Below, in pieces: positions 1 to 10,819 of a DNA stretch of 64,000 bases. The notes below the pieces were generated by a model that was not told the DNA's origin, made no database searches, and saw only the letters and a list, made by a program, of their open reading frames with translations. The position numbers and the translations under genes are program-made. This stretch comes from Eledone cirrhosa. Taxonomy: Eukaryota. Numbering within the stretch: the first letter of the stretch is position 1; every line of letters starts with the position of its first letter. Where the stretch lies: contig OZ024742.1 of the NCBI GenBank assembly GCA_964016885.1, forward strand, positions 272,800,001 through 272,864,000, read 5' to 3'.

Positions 1-129
1 TTACAACTCATCGTTTTCGGTGCGCCTGACCGATTTAACTCACTCGATATGAAAATTAGGCTGCTCAGCCGTTAATTTTCCTAAGGAAAGTATATACTTT
101 CGAACGTTCAACTATCTGGCAGATGGGTA

Positions 130-174
130 AACGGTGCTGATGATAGCTAACAAGCTTGAAACTAGTACATCGTT
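130..174 (+). ncRNA. Minimal type I hammerhead ribozyme
   Basis: aacggtg-CTGATGA-tagctaacaagctt-GAAA-ctag-TA-catcgtt: 7-bp stem I, agct/agct stem II, palindromic CTAG loop III as in PLE-associated minimal HHRs. Confidence 0.85.
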
Positions 175-589
175 CCTGTGTCAGTGTTGAACAAAAAGGT
201 GACGTGGTTGCCTTAACACCGTGCGGCATAAATTCAGGCTGTTCAGTTTGTTTACAAATGAACAAAGCGGGCGCTATAATAAGCGTCCGCTAAACTTATG
301 CGTACATATATGTCTGTGTACCTGTATGTATATATGTATATATATATATATGCATGTTATTTTACGTCTGTATACATATATGTATGTACGTATACATACA
401 TACTTACATTTATGTAAGTGCCGTACTAAGAGTGAGAAATGAAATTTCGTTTTCATTTTATTACAGCTCATCGTTTTCGGTGCGCCTGACCGATTTAACT
501 CACTCGATATGCAAATTAGGCTGCTCAGCCGTTAATTTTCATAAGGAAAGTATATACTTTCGAACGTTCAACTATCTGGCAGATGGGTA

Positions 590-634
590 AACGGTGCTGA
601 TGATAGCTAACAAGCTTGAAACTAGTACATCGTT
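590..634 (+). ncRNA. Minimal type I hammerhead ribozyme (second unit)
   Basis: Identical to 130-174, offset by 460 bp. Confidence 0.85.
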
Positions 635-1088
635 CCTGTGTCAGTGTTGAACAAAAAGGTGACGTGGTTGCCTTAACACCGTGCGGCATAAATTCAGGCT
701 GTTCAGTTTGTTTACAAATGAACAAAGCGGGCGCTATAATAAGCGTCCGCTAAACTTATGCGTACATATATGTCTGTGTACCTGTATGTATATATGTATA
801 TATATATATATGCATGTTATTTTACGTCTGTATACATATATGTATGTACGTATACATACATACTTACATTTATGTAAGTGCCGTACTAAGAGTGAGAAAT
901 GAAATTTCGTTTTCATTTTATTACAACTTATATATATATATATATATATATATGACATCACTTTTGGTTCCAAATAATTTATTTTCTTCAAAAATCCAAA
1001 GGATTACAATTTGAAATTTTTAAAGAGAGCTTGAGATGTAATTCTTAAGCAAAGTTTTATATATATATGCAAAACAAAACGATATATA

Positions 1089-1149
<61 letters not shown>

Positions 1150-1170
1150 TTATATATCGTTTTGTTTTGC

Positions 1171-1275
1171 ATTGTAGTTGCGCTAAATTGTCGTTGCGCT
1201 AAATTGTCATGCGCTGAATTGTCGGCGCTGAATTGTCTGCGCTGAGTTGTCCTGCGCAGAATTGTCGGTTCACGA
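1171..1275. repeat. Array of six GCGCTRARTTGTC-like motifs; probable subterminal array of a DNA transposon/MITE end
   Basis: Motif at about 1180, 1196, 1211, 1225, 1239 and 1254 with 14-16 bp spacing. No partner end found in the window. Confidence 0.5.
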
Positions 1276-1632
1276 CCATCTCCACATGCACGCATACTCA
1301 CTATACTTTAGTTATCTCCCTTCCTAAACCTCTTTTATGACGAACATACCACTCACCAGCCACTCTCGAATATGGCCGATTGAATACGATTGAATTCTTT
1401 TATCTCATTTTCTTCATTCTTTCATCTCATCTCTCATTACATTATATTTATCTTATATTTCTTACTCTATTTTCTGAAGAAGTAGTTTACAAAACGCTAA
1501 CAATCTCTTCCTGATCGTTCATGCGTTAAACTCAAATATTTCTTCCATGTACCGTGTCGTGTGTTTTGTTGTATTTGTCGTTTGTGTTTACCTTTTACAT
1601 ACACACACACAGAGTCACGCATACACACACAC

Positions 1633-1695
<63 letters not shown>

Positions 1696-1711
1696 TATAT
1701 ATATGTATATA

Positions 1712-2444
1712 CTCGGTGGGTCTACGTACCAGCCTGGTTAGAACATTCTTTAGAGTACTGGATAAATGTTTCCCTGGGTCCGAAAAGTACCACAAAATAT
1801 TCAACAGGCACACTGTGAAACTTTCCTACTCAACTACACGCTCCGTAGCCCAGCACATAGCCGGCATAAATAGGAATAAGCTCACTGCTTCTAATACCAT
1901 CGTAAATCCCGGAGCCACCCAACCAAACCAGCACGCGGGACGCACCAGACCCCGGACAGACCCAACTAGCACACCGGAACCCAACGACCACGCGGTACAT
2001 GTGCTGGGGCTTAAGAAGTCATGCAATTGCAGAGACTCGTCACTATGCCCCCTTAGTATTGAATGCATGACGAAAAATGTAGTCAACAGGTGCAAGGTCA
2101 CAACCCCTAACTCGCAGCACCACTACATAGGATCCACGGCAACGAGCTTCAAAGTTAGGTGGTATAACCATCACCATTCCTTTAACAGAATAAAAAAGAG
2201 GAAATGTACGGCCCTTTCTGAATTGATCTGGAAGCTCAAACTTGAAAATACCCCGCACTCTCTGGTCTGGTACGTGGTTAGAAAGGTTCCCCCAGACAGA
2301 GACGCGTCAGGTATTTGCAACCTCTGTCTTAGTGAGACCATCGAGATACTTCATGGCGGAACCAAGCTATTAAACAGAAGGGCTGACTTATTCGGCGCCT
2401 GCAGACACCTAAGGACGGGAACTTTCCTCAAGTGGTGTGGATAA
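1712..2444 (+). mobile_element. 5'-truncated Penelope-like element (Naiad-type), C-terminal GIY-YIG endonuclease fragment
   Basis: ORF 1554-2444 after the (CA)n read-through: KIFNRHTVKLSYS, SCNCRDSSLCPL, HYIGST..FKVRWYNH, CNLCLSE, LLNRR, CRH. Confidence 0.85.
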
Positions 2445-3449
2445 ACCCCGGTTATGGCCTCCCACAACGAAGTAGGTCCCTACACCCCGTACCAATGACC
2501 AATGGACAACAACAACCACCCATAGTTTGTATTCCCAACGGTGGATTGTCCACCGAATCCTCTACTGGTTAGGAGTCAACAAAACCACGTTTATTGAACC
2601 TGACGCCCCCCCCCCCCCCCCCAGTGTGGCCCACACAGGAAGAACAATTATCCCAAGGTACTAACCCTATACGCATGAATGTGTGCCCGCAACTGTGCAT
2701 TGTGTGTGTATACTTGGATTACGTGAATGTACACACTCATGTGATCGCAACGAAATACTAATAACCCAGGTTGCATTTGAAAAATGTTCGAGTGTATGCT
2801 TAAGAGTATATTTGTATATGCTCTCTTGTATGAGTGCACATGTTTATATAGACATATACGCGCATCCAGAGGTATAAAAGTGTGGGTGGGTATATATGTC
2901 TGTACTAAGGGATTCGCCTAAGCCCCAAAACCCCTAAGCTATTGCTGTGAAAATATATATCACACTCTACCTTTGTCTAGTCTAACAATAACTTTTCCAA
3001 ACACCCACTTTACTTTTCTTTAAAAATAACACCCACCTAGTTTTATGTCTGCCATATACTTGGATTTGGGGGCCTCTGTTGTATATATATATGCACTTGT
3101 GCGTACATAAATATATATACATACATGTATGGATTTGTGTGTGTAGATGTGTGTGTGTGTGTGTCTGAAGGGGTAGGTGTGAGTGTATGTACAAGTCAAC
3201 CAACATAAGTCTTTTTATTTCTAAAATTTCTAAACTTTCTAAGTATTTGACTCTAACCATATTGTTCAGTATTACCACCCCACATAAATTCCTCAATGTG
3301 TATGTGTAGATGTGTGTGTGTCTGTGGGTGTGTGTGTGAGAGTATGCAAGTCACCCAACAGAAATTTTTTTATATGTAAATTTTCTAGTATTCTACTCTA
3401 ACCAAAATGTTTAGTAGTACCACCCCACGTAAATTCCTCAATTTAAGAA

Positions 3450-3850
3450 TGACCTGTAGTATCGAATTTCATACTATAAACCTCAATTGAATATATATCT
3501 GACCAGGAATGCTTTGTGTGAAAATCAGTCATATGGAACTATTGTCATCTTGCCTGACGGTTTGAACTTTACAACAACACCTGCCTCTTTGAGGTCAAAT
3601 ACCAACCCTACTAGCATCTACAAACTGACCAATAAGAATTAAGATTATTCCTGCTGACAACATTAAATTATTCCTAACAAGCTCATATGTCCCAAGGTTC
3701 TGATACCATCAACACTATAAACACAGAGCTGGCATATCTAAGAACTGACTAACTGCTGATGAGGTCATAGCCATTCAATGGCTATCATCGAAATATATAT
3801 ATAGCAGTAAATAAAGGATTATGAGTTCATGCAATTGACTTATGTTTCGT
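3450..3850 (+). mobile_element. Internally deleted PLE remnant ending in an HHR-bearing pLTR
   Basis: Vestigial PLE motifs (GLNFTTTP near 3553, IIPAD near 3645), followed by an HHR, AATAAA and (TA)n. Confidence 0.55.
3752..3808 (+). ncRNA. Type I hammerhead ribozyme
   Basis: actg-CTGATGA-ggtcatagccattcaatggctatcatc-GAAA-tatatata-TA-gcagt. Stem II covaries with the copies at 5067 and 58249. Confidence 0.8.
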
Positions 3851-3889
3851 CACTATATATATATATATATATATATTTAATACATTAAC

Positions 3890-4560
3890 AGAGAAAGCTT
3901 TTAGCGATACTCCGACCAATCCCATCTCACTCAACAAACATTAGGATATATCTGAGTATAGTACAAATTATGTGTTCGGGGTGCTAACTATATTGTATTT
4001 CGTGGATAGTTGGCTATATTATTTTATATGAGACATAATTAAATAAATCTCTCTTTCTTTCTATACGATCGTTTCGTTATAAGATTTCTACAAGGTGGGA
4101 AAATAATGTCCATGTTATGTAGAAGGTTGCATATAATCCATAGATATCTACGCAAGAGAGCCCTTGTAACTCATCAGTGGATGCCCAGGCAATATCAATA
4201 TAAAAAACTACATTGATATTAATATTCAGTGATGATTCCGTCAGTGCTAGAATTACCGCTAAGTTTGAAAGTCCAGTAGTCCTTCAAAAAGAAATTTCAC
4301 ACTGTCCCCAAATGGGATGGGGAGGTCATCGTAAAACATAAAATAATATACACGTAGGTCATTGAACCCTGTTAGGAATTCTAACCCCGTGTGAAGAACT
4401 CAATTGGATATTAAAAAATAAATATATGTACGTATTATTTATACACACATAGAGATATTTAAAAAAGTAAATATATGTACGCAGTATTTATATATACATA
4501 GAGGTATTTTCTCAGGCAAAATAACAGACATCAGATACGGGTAGAAACAATCAATATTTC
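3890..4560 (-). mobile_element. Diverged monomer of the ~700-bp long-insert HHR element (relative of 56645-57820)
   Basis: Reverse complement shares gttagcaccccgaacacataa, cctaatgtttgttgagtgag, ggagtatcgctaaaa and tctgttattttgcc blocks with the 56.6-57.8 kb units. Confidence 0.8.
4060..4181 (-). ncRNA. Type I hammerhead with long branched stem II
   Basis: Minus strand: tcca-CTGATGA-gttacaagg...tcttataac-GAAA-cgatcg-TA-taga. Confidence 0.75.
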
Positions 4561-4781
4561 ATATAAAGAATAAATAAAGATAGTCATACCTAAATATCTG
4601 GAATGTTCATATATATATATATATAGAGAGAGAGATTTTGAGTTTATGTTGGTTGTATACCAACACCTCAGTATGCAGGCTGGAGCACTCGACGAAGTGC
4701 GCAGGTTGGTTTGGTTACTCCGGAGTAGTGTAAAATAAAGTTAAATAAAAGTCAAATGATTAAAATTTAGCTTCGTTTATT

Positions 4782-4836
4782 ACTGCTATATATATTTCAG
4801 TGACACCCATCTTTGGCTGTGACCTCTTCAGGCAGT
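4782..4836 (-). ncRNA. Type I hammerhead ribozyme (left arm of palindrome)
   Basis: Mirror image of 5067-5121. Confidence 0.8.
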
Positions 4837-5066
4837 TTGAATTAGTATGGTATAGACAAGTACATATGTTGTTTAGGTGTATGATATTGTCAATACTCTG
4901 ATATGCCCAGTTCCTTGTTGGGTTGTTAATTCACTGGGGAACTGGAGTCATATGACTCCAGTTCCCCAGTGAATTAACAACCCAACAAGGAACTGGGCAT
5001 ATCAGAGTATTGACAATATCATACACCTAAACAACATATGTACTTGTCTATACCATACTAATTCAA

Positions 5067-5121
5067 ACTGCCTGAAGAGGTCACAGCCAAAGATGGGTGT
5101 CACTGAAATATATATAGCAGT
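5067..5121 (+). ncRNA. Type I hammerhead ribozyme (right arm of palindrome)
   Basis: actgc-CTGAAGA-ggtcacagccaaagatgggtgtcact-GAAA-tatata-TA-gcagt, immediately followed by AATAAA. Confidence 0.82.
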
Positions 5122-5165
5122 AATAAACGAAGCTAAATTTTAATCATTTGACTTTTATTTAACTT

Positions 5166-5209
<44 letters not shown>

Positions 5210-5297
5210 GAGTTTAACAAGGTTGAATGAATTCATCAATAAATAAAGATTCACAATAGATTAGAAGCACTCTACAGTGGGCTTTCTGGAGTTATTA

Positions 5298-5543
5298 ATA
5301 TTACTTCAAAATATAAATAAATATAGACATTCATGTGATCAAATATATTTTATTATACATATTTCAGAGGTACTGAGCTATTTCAACAGTACGTCCTCAT
5401 GACAAAATTATAACCATCAACATAGTCAAGGTATGTCAGTCATCTGATGAGGACGTGCTGTTGAAATAGCTCAATACCTCTGAAATATGTATAATAAAAT
5501 ATATTTGATCACATGAATGTCTATATTTATTAATATTTTGAAG

Positions 5544-5549
<6 letters not shown>
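5298..5549. repeat. Inverted repeat, ~103-bp arms with 46-bp spacer, HHR-bearing
   Basis: Arms 5298-5400 and 5447-5549. The left arm stops inside the HHR core (cctcat). Flanked by (TA)n. Confidence 0.88.
5441..5500 (+). ncRNA. Type I hammerhead motif, weak stem I
   Basis: CTGATGA-ggacgtgctgttgaaatagctcaatacctct-GAAA-tatgta-TA-ataaaat. The left-arm copy has a perfect gtactg/cagtac stem II. Confidence 0.65.
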
Positions 5550-5614
<65 letters not shown>

Positions 5615-5959
5615 CGGGGGGCGGGGAGACAGAAATTATTATAATTTGGAAGGATCATGCAGCCAAGGTTAGCACATCCACCAGTTGAGTTTTACTTCAA
5701 TCAATTATTATAATTATTGAATTGAAACGACGTGAGCCGCTACTGGTGCGTGCGTTTTCATTGGCAGCATAAGCTTCCAAACATATTCACATACAAAATG
5801 TTGCAAGACAAATACATAATAGAAGTATATATATAACCATACCCGTGATCGGGTATGGTTATCGAACCACAATAGTTTGAGTCCTATGAGTGATGCGAAC
5901 GGACATGGCTTTTCATGCTTGCAAGTGACTTACAGTGTCATAGAGATGGCAAATGTGCA

Positions 5960-7620
5960 GCGCTCAAGAAATAAAATGTTGGCTTCTTGAGGTGTTTATG
6001 CACTGTTTATGCTTTTTTAGGCCACCAGTAGACCTGCATTCTTCGTCACAGATTCCCTCTATATAAATATATATACATTGCGTTTCCGGCCATAGTAACT
6101 TGGTATTCGGCAGAAGTTCTATATTCATGACTGCGAAGATTACGTTTCCTACCAGCCGTGCCGAAGCAGAATCTTCCACAGATTTTGGATGTTAAACTAT
6201 GGATATCACCAGCTTGTTGTGATAAAGTGAGGACAAATCTCTTTCTGACATCCTTTTAAAATGTTTCATGTTTTACCCGAGATGTCTCGAAAACAATTTT
6301 TACTTTTCCTTCGTAAACCTACTTTCTGGGTGCAGATTGCAGTTTCACCTCAGATTTATGGAAATTTATTCGCAGCCCCAACGCAGCGCAAGCCTTCCCG
6401 AAAGCATTCATTAAGTGCTGCATATGCTTCTCTGTGTGAGCCACAACGTCACATTCATTGGCATAGAGCAAAACCTAGACCAATGTCAAAAATACCTTTT
6501 CCTTTACCTTGATTCGTCTGATATTGAATACATTTCCATTTGATGGAAAGCGGATATAAACACTATATGTACAGTACCAGAATGCCAATTGAAATACCAT
6601 TGGAAAAAGATCTCACTGCTTCACTCCATCCCAGACTTGCATGTATTCAGACAGCTTCCTCCCAGAATTCACGTTAGATACTCTGACGCTGTGGGATCCT
6701 TTGAAGATCGTCAAACATTTTCAGGGCAGCCAGGCTTCTCCAAATTTCTCTATATGCCACTCTGTTCACCGTACCTTGGAGAGAATAATCAAAACTTGGT
6801 AAAAGACCTTCCCTTGTTCTTCTACATTTGTTTCCCAGAATAATCGTGAAAGCCAGACTGGGATTCCGGAAGAGCATATCTAACAACGTATGACAGCAAC
6901 CCATCGAACACAATCCTGCTCAAAACATTCCCTGCCAGAGGCAGCAACGATGTGCATCGATAGTAGCCTTTATTACATTTACTCTTATGGAAGCCAGCCA
7001 TCACAGCATCCAGCCAATCAGCGGGGAATAATTTGATTACATGATCTCGTTTCAGTAGCTTCGCACCTCCATATTTCGGAAGTCTGCCAATATTTAGTTT
7101 AGTCACTTCCGCAAAAGAAGGATCATTGGTGAAGTCATGCATCACAAGGTTCGCATGAAGCTGTTTATAGATTTCTGAACAATATTTAAAGGCAGATTAA
7201 GAATATAAGCAATATTTTGTTGCCACCTTCTTAGGATACCTGGTTGATCTCAAAGGAACTAATTTCCGTCATTATAGTTGGTCCTTACACCTCACACAAG
7301 AGATTGTACGTTTGCTTTGTTTGCTGGGGGACTGATGCAGCATAAATGACATCGGCCTTTTTATCCCAATACGCATACTTCATATAAGGAAGCCTTCGTC
7401 TTGTACACACCTTAATTTTTTACTTGTAGCCTGCCAGCTTTTACTTTTCCAAAGCATCATGTCTGAAATGACGACTCAACAAATCCATTCTCTTTTCGAG
7501 CAAGGTCTTTTCAATCTTCTTATTATTCTCTTTGAATCAGTCTTGGTGTTTCTTTTCCTTTTCACGTAGCCGAGTATTTCAACACACACAGTCTAAAGTG
7601 CGTCAGTAAAAGACGGCTGG
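5960..7620 (-). mobile_element. Decayed RTE-clade LINE fragment
   Basis: YRCTSLLPLAGNVLSRIVFDGLL...LPESQSGF (ORF 6822-7145), KKHQD*FKEN near 7530-7560, C-terminal C..C.S.GGL.KH. Confidence 0.75.
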
Positions 7621-7654
7621 TTGTCCTCTCAATCACGATGGTTAGTGGCGTTCT

Positions 7655-8250
7655 AGTATTCTTCCAGAATAATTTTGCCCCCGATACGTTAGACATTCGA
7701 TTTTTTAGTACAACCACACAAGTAGGTCTTACTCTTGCCTTGAAAACATTTAAATTCTTGCACGAAATAAGCGGGTCAGTCGCGTGGTTATTGCTTTCCC
7801 CGTCCGGACTGAAACGAGTAACACTAATCTACGCAGGGAGCGTGCCTAAGTCGCAGGGAAAAAACACTCCAACCTACCCACTGGGGACCCCATAGTAAAC
7901 ACACAGCGGTTGACCGCATCATGTAACTGCAGAACCCCGTCTCGAGTCCCCTTAATAATTGCTTGGTAAAAAACTTAGTTTACCAATGCATTACATTTAT
8001 ACATAGGAGCGACGTCAAGAGCTTCAAGGACAGGTTGTATAATCAATGCTACTCCTTTAATAGGGTCTGGAAGTTCTAGCTAGGCAAGAATATCTACTCT
8101 TTTGTATGGTCTAAGGTTTGTGGGTACCTCCAGAGAGAAGCGGGTCTGCCATTTGCTGTCTTTGTGAGTCTCTCGAGATACTCAGGGGTAGAATAAGGGC
8201 TGATAGCTTCGTTGTATATCGCTACTTGAGGACGGGAACATTCCTCAAGC
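7655..8250 (+). mobile_element. Decayed Naiad-type PLE GIY-YIG fragment
   Basis: SCNCRTP..PL near 7918, YIG..FK.RLYN near 8000, and a terminal RTGTFLK as at the end of ORF 1554-2444. Confidence 0.65.
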
Positions 8251-8784
8251 TATATGCATAGCAACTCTACCACAATGAATCCCGGATGCACCAAGCCTAC
8301 CCACTGCTCCTTTCTCTTTACTTCTTGTCTCTATTAGCATATGCACGTATCCAGAAGCCACCTGGATTTAACGGTTGGGCCCACGCTTTAATTTGCTTTC
8401 GATTTCCCCTCTTTCTCTCTTCCTTAGTTCTACCTTGCGTCTCTTACCACTAAATATTTAGCAAGATATTTTACGTTGGCAGAATCCAATCTTGGGTATC
8501 TATACACCCACAAACATTTTTATCATCTTCTACCGTTTGTTTATAATTTGGTTTTCCTAAGGACAAACTAACACCAACCTAATTTATTTCGCCTATAATT
8601 GTCAATTCAAACTGCGATAAGCAAATTACAAATGTCATTTTACTATAGATTAGCGCGGACTTATTATTTTCATTCTATTAAAGGGTACGTTGTGTGTATA
8701 TATGTGTATGTATATATATATATATATACATATGTGTGCATATGTATATATAGATATATGAGTACGTGGGTGAAGGTATATATA

Positions 8785-8875
8785 TAATTGTTTCTACTTT
8801 TGGCACAAGGCCAACAATTATTCCACTGTATTACTGGTACTTTATTTTATCGACCCTGTAAGGATGAAAGGCAAA

Positions 8876-8878
<3 letters not shown>
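8785..8878 (-). mobile_element. tRNA-derived octopod SINE, 3' part
   Basis: tactggtactttattttatcgacc..aaggatgaaaggcaaagt core shared with about 13 other copies. Confidence 0.85.
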
Positions 8879-8913
<35 letters not shown>

Positions 8914-9048
8914 GGGGGGGGAGGTGTATGGGGGTGTGTGTGTATTTACAATATGGATTAACATTTTAACACCGTTTATTATCATCACTCTTAATATTGA
9001 TAAGCTTACACACTTCCATTCGCCTAATGGTCCCAAATCTGTTTATAA

Positions 9049-9112
<64 letters not shown>

Positions 9113-9380
9113 GGAAGTTCAGTTGAATCGAAGCTTTGGCTGCAGCCATGCTAACGAATGCAATCGGAATGTGCAGCTAAGTACTCAATGAGGTAATTTT
9201 ACCTTCGAGTAATAACATTACGTTTAGACAGCTTGACAAATTGAAGACTGCGACAGGTAAGCCAGGGGCAAGGAATAGAGTAACGAGAAAACTAACTCAG
9301 GATAATTTGACAAAATATATATTGTTTTTTTCGTTCTTTTAATCACAAATATTTGTTTATTTAAAGTAAAAATATCCACA

Positions 9381-9572
9381 ATAATAATTGTTTCTACGTT
9401 TGGCACAAAGCCAGCACATACCCAATGCATTACTGGTACTTTATTTTATCGACCCCGTAAGGATGAAAGGCAATGATAACCTCGCCGGGATTTGAACTCA
9501 GAATGGCAAGGGCCGTAACTCTATACGTCAAAGCATGGCCACCGACCCTCTACCGATACTGCCAATCCACCC
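9381..9572 (-). mobile_element. tRNA-derived SINE, full length
   Basis: Minus strand: A-box-like TGGCAGTATCGG, B-box GAGTTCAAATCC, Deu/Nin-like core gcctttcatcctt..ggggtcgataaaata, (ATT)n tail. Confidence 0.9.
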
Positions 9573-9757
9573 AATAATAACTGTTTCTACGTTTCGCACG
9601 AAGCCAACAAATAGCAAGTGCATTACTGGTACTTTATTTTATCGACTCAATAAGGATGAAAGGCAAAGATAACCTCGGCGGGATTTAAACTCAGAATGGA
9701 AAGGGGCGTCACTCTATACGTCAACGCATGGTGTCCGACGCTCTACTGATACTTCCA
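9573..9757 (-). mobile_element. tRNA-derived SINE, tandem second copy
   Basis: Same consensus, directly adjacent to the previous copy. Confidence 0.88.
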
Positions 9758-9759
9758 AG

Positions 9760-10817
9760 CAATTATGACAGAAAAGGAAAGAAAAGAAAAAAGAACAAAA
9801 GAAAATATGAAAAAAAAAGAAAGGGAGGCGATGGCCAGAACTCTGGTGTCGCAGAAGAGAGGGGAGGGGTAAAATGGAGCGCGATTGGCCTTTCGGCCTA
9901 GGCCATGGTAGAAGAAGGGCTGTGCCCCTCGGACAGGCTCGGTTGAGGGCACTTCGCTATCTGTAGAACTTATCTCGAAACTGCAACGCTACCCGGTGGC
10001 ACTGCCAGGCCAGGGAATTTTGGAAGTTATTCATAGACCCTTGACTGAAAGTTCTCCGGAAGAGAGATAACAGCTGATCTTCTTCGACGTCCAGGATCTC
10101 TCCGAGAACATCGTCGAACTTCCCCTCCACTAGTCCACTATAGAACGCCGAAGTGGATATTCCACCGATACTGCTGCCCAGTTGGCAGAGGGCGCTGAGC
10201 GCCTGGAGACATTCAAGTTTCCAAGCGCTATCCCTCGGTCTTTTCCTGACCCGAGACTGCAGGTCCGTCAAGGAGACGAGCTGTGGGAAAACGTGCCTGG
10301 CGAACGGCGACCACAAATGTTCACCGTCAATAAGCACCAGAGATGTCGCAGCCTCAGCGCATATGTTGCGCAACATCAGCCATGGCATTCCCAGTCTTCC
10401 ACGCAACGAGTGTTGACAGCAGATGGATCGTCTGACCATGGGAGCGCGTCCCTTCCACAAAAAGCGGAAGAGGAGGCGCTCCAGTTTGGTGAGAGTTGGG
10501 CCGGGACGAGGGACGACGTTGAGGCGGTATCAGGTGGCGGATGCGATGTAGGCATTCGCCACCCCCACCCGGCCTTTCAGCGACAGCTTCCTCTCGGCCC
10601 ATTTCTGGCGAGGGAGGCGACCTTGCTCGTCACCTCGCTCCAGTTATTCTCCATCTGGAGGTCGGGTCTGAACCAGACCCCGAGCAATGTAGCTGGTCCG
10701 ACCGTCCAACGCACCACGACACTATCGGGCGGCGTGGACTTGCCGCTCCAGGTGCCGGCTGCAAGCCCACAAACTTTTCCTGGCTTATCTTTGCTGCTGT
10801 CACCACTCCATATTTAG
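9760..10817 (-). mobile_element. 5'-truncated Tx1/L1-clade LINE copy
   Basis: Paralogous to about 11600-12440 (WSPFARHVFPQL..DSAWKLECLQAL), with a T-rich 3' UTR. Confidence 0.8.
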
Positions 10818-10819
10818 CC

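Larger units (their letters stand above)
1..928 (+). repeat. Tandem 460-bp non-coding repeat (2 units, possibly continuing upstream of the window), one hammerhead per unit; retrozyme-like
   Basis: ttacaactcatcgttttcgg at 1 recurs at 461 and partly at 921. Units are nearly identical. Ends in a (TA)n tract. Confidence 0.9.
4731..5172. repeat. Perfect 442-bp palindrome (no spacer) of a PLE pLTR-like sequence with an HHR in each arm
   Basis: Axis at 4951/4952 (gagtcat|atgactc). Arms are identical by eye. The left arm continues to about 4635 as further pLTR sequence also seen at 58070-58152. Confidence 0.92.

Noticed and set aside
1-928. CRISPR-like or prokaryotic interpretation of the repeats
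   Set aside because: No short repeat-spacer periodicity and no cas genes; the context is eukaryotic retroelements.
221-1014. ORFs rich in YI/HT/CV dipeptides here and throughout the window
   Set aside because: Translations of (TA)n, (CA)n and (TG)n microsatellites; not genes.
1470-1505. ctgaagaagtagtttacaaaacgc as a hammerhead
   Set aside because: GAAA is replaced and stems I/III do not pair; at best a decayed remnant.
3120-3441. Local imperfect tandem duplication (~150-175 bp)
   Set aside because: Microsatellite-associated duplication with no ribozyme or ORF; uninformative.
9381-9757. SINE heads as tRNA genes
   Set aside because: A and B boxes are present but there is no cloverleaf, and each is fused to the SINE core and tail.
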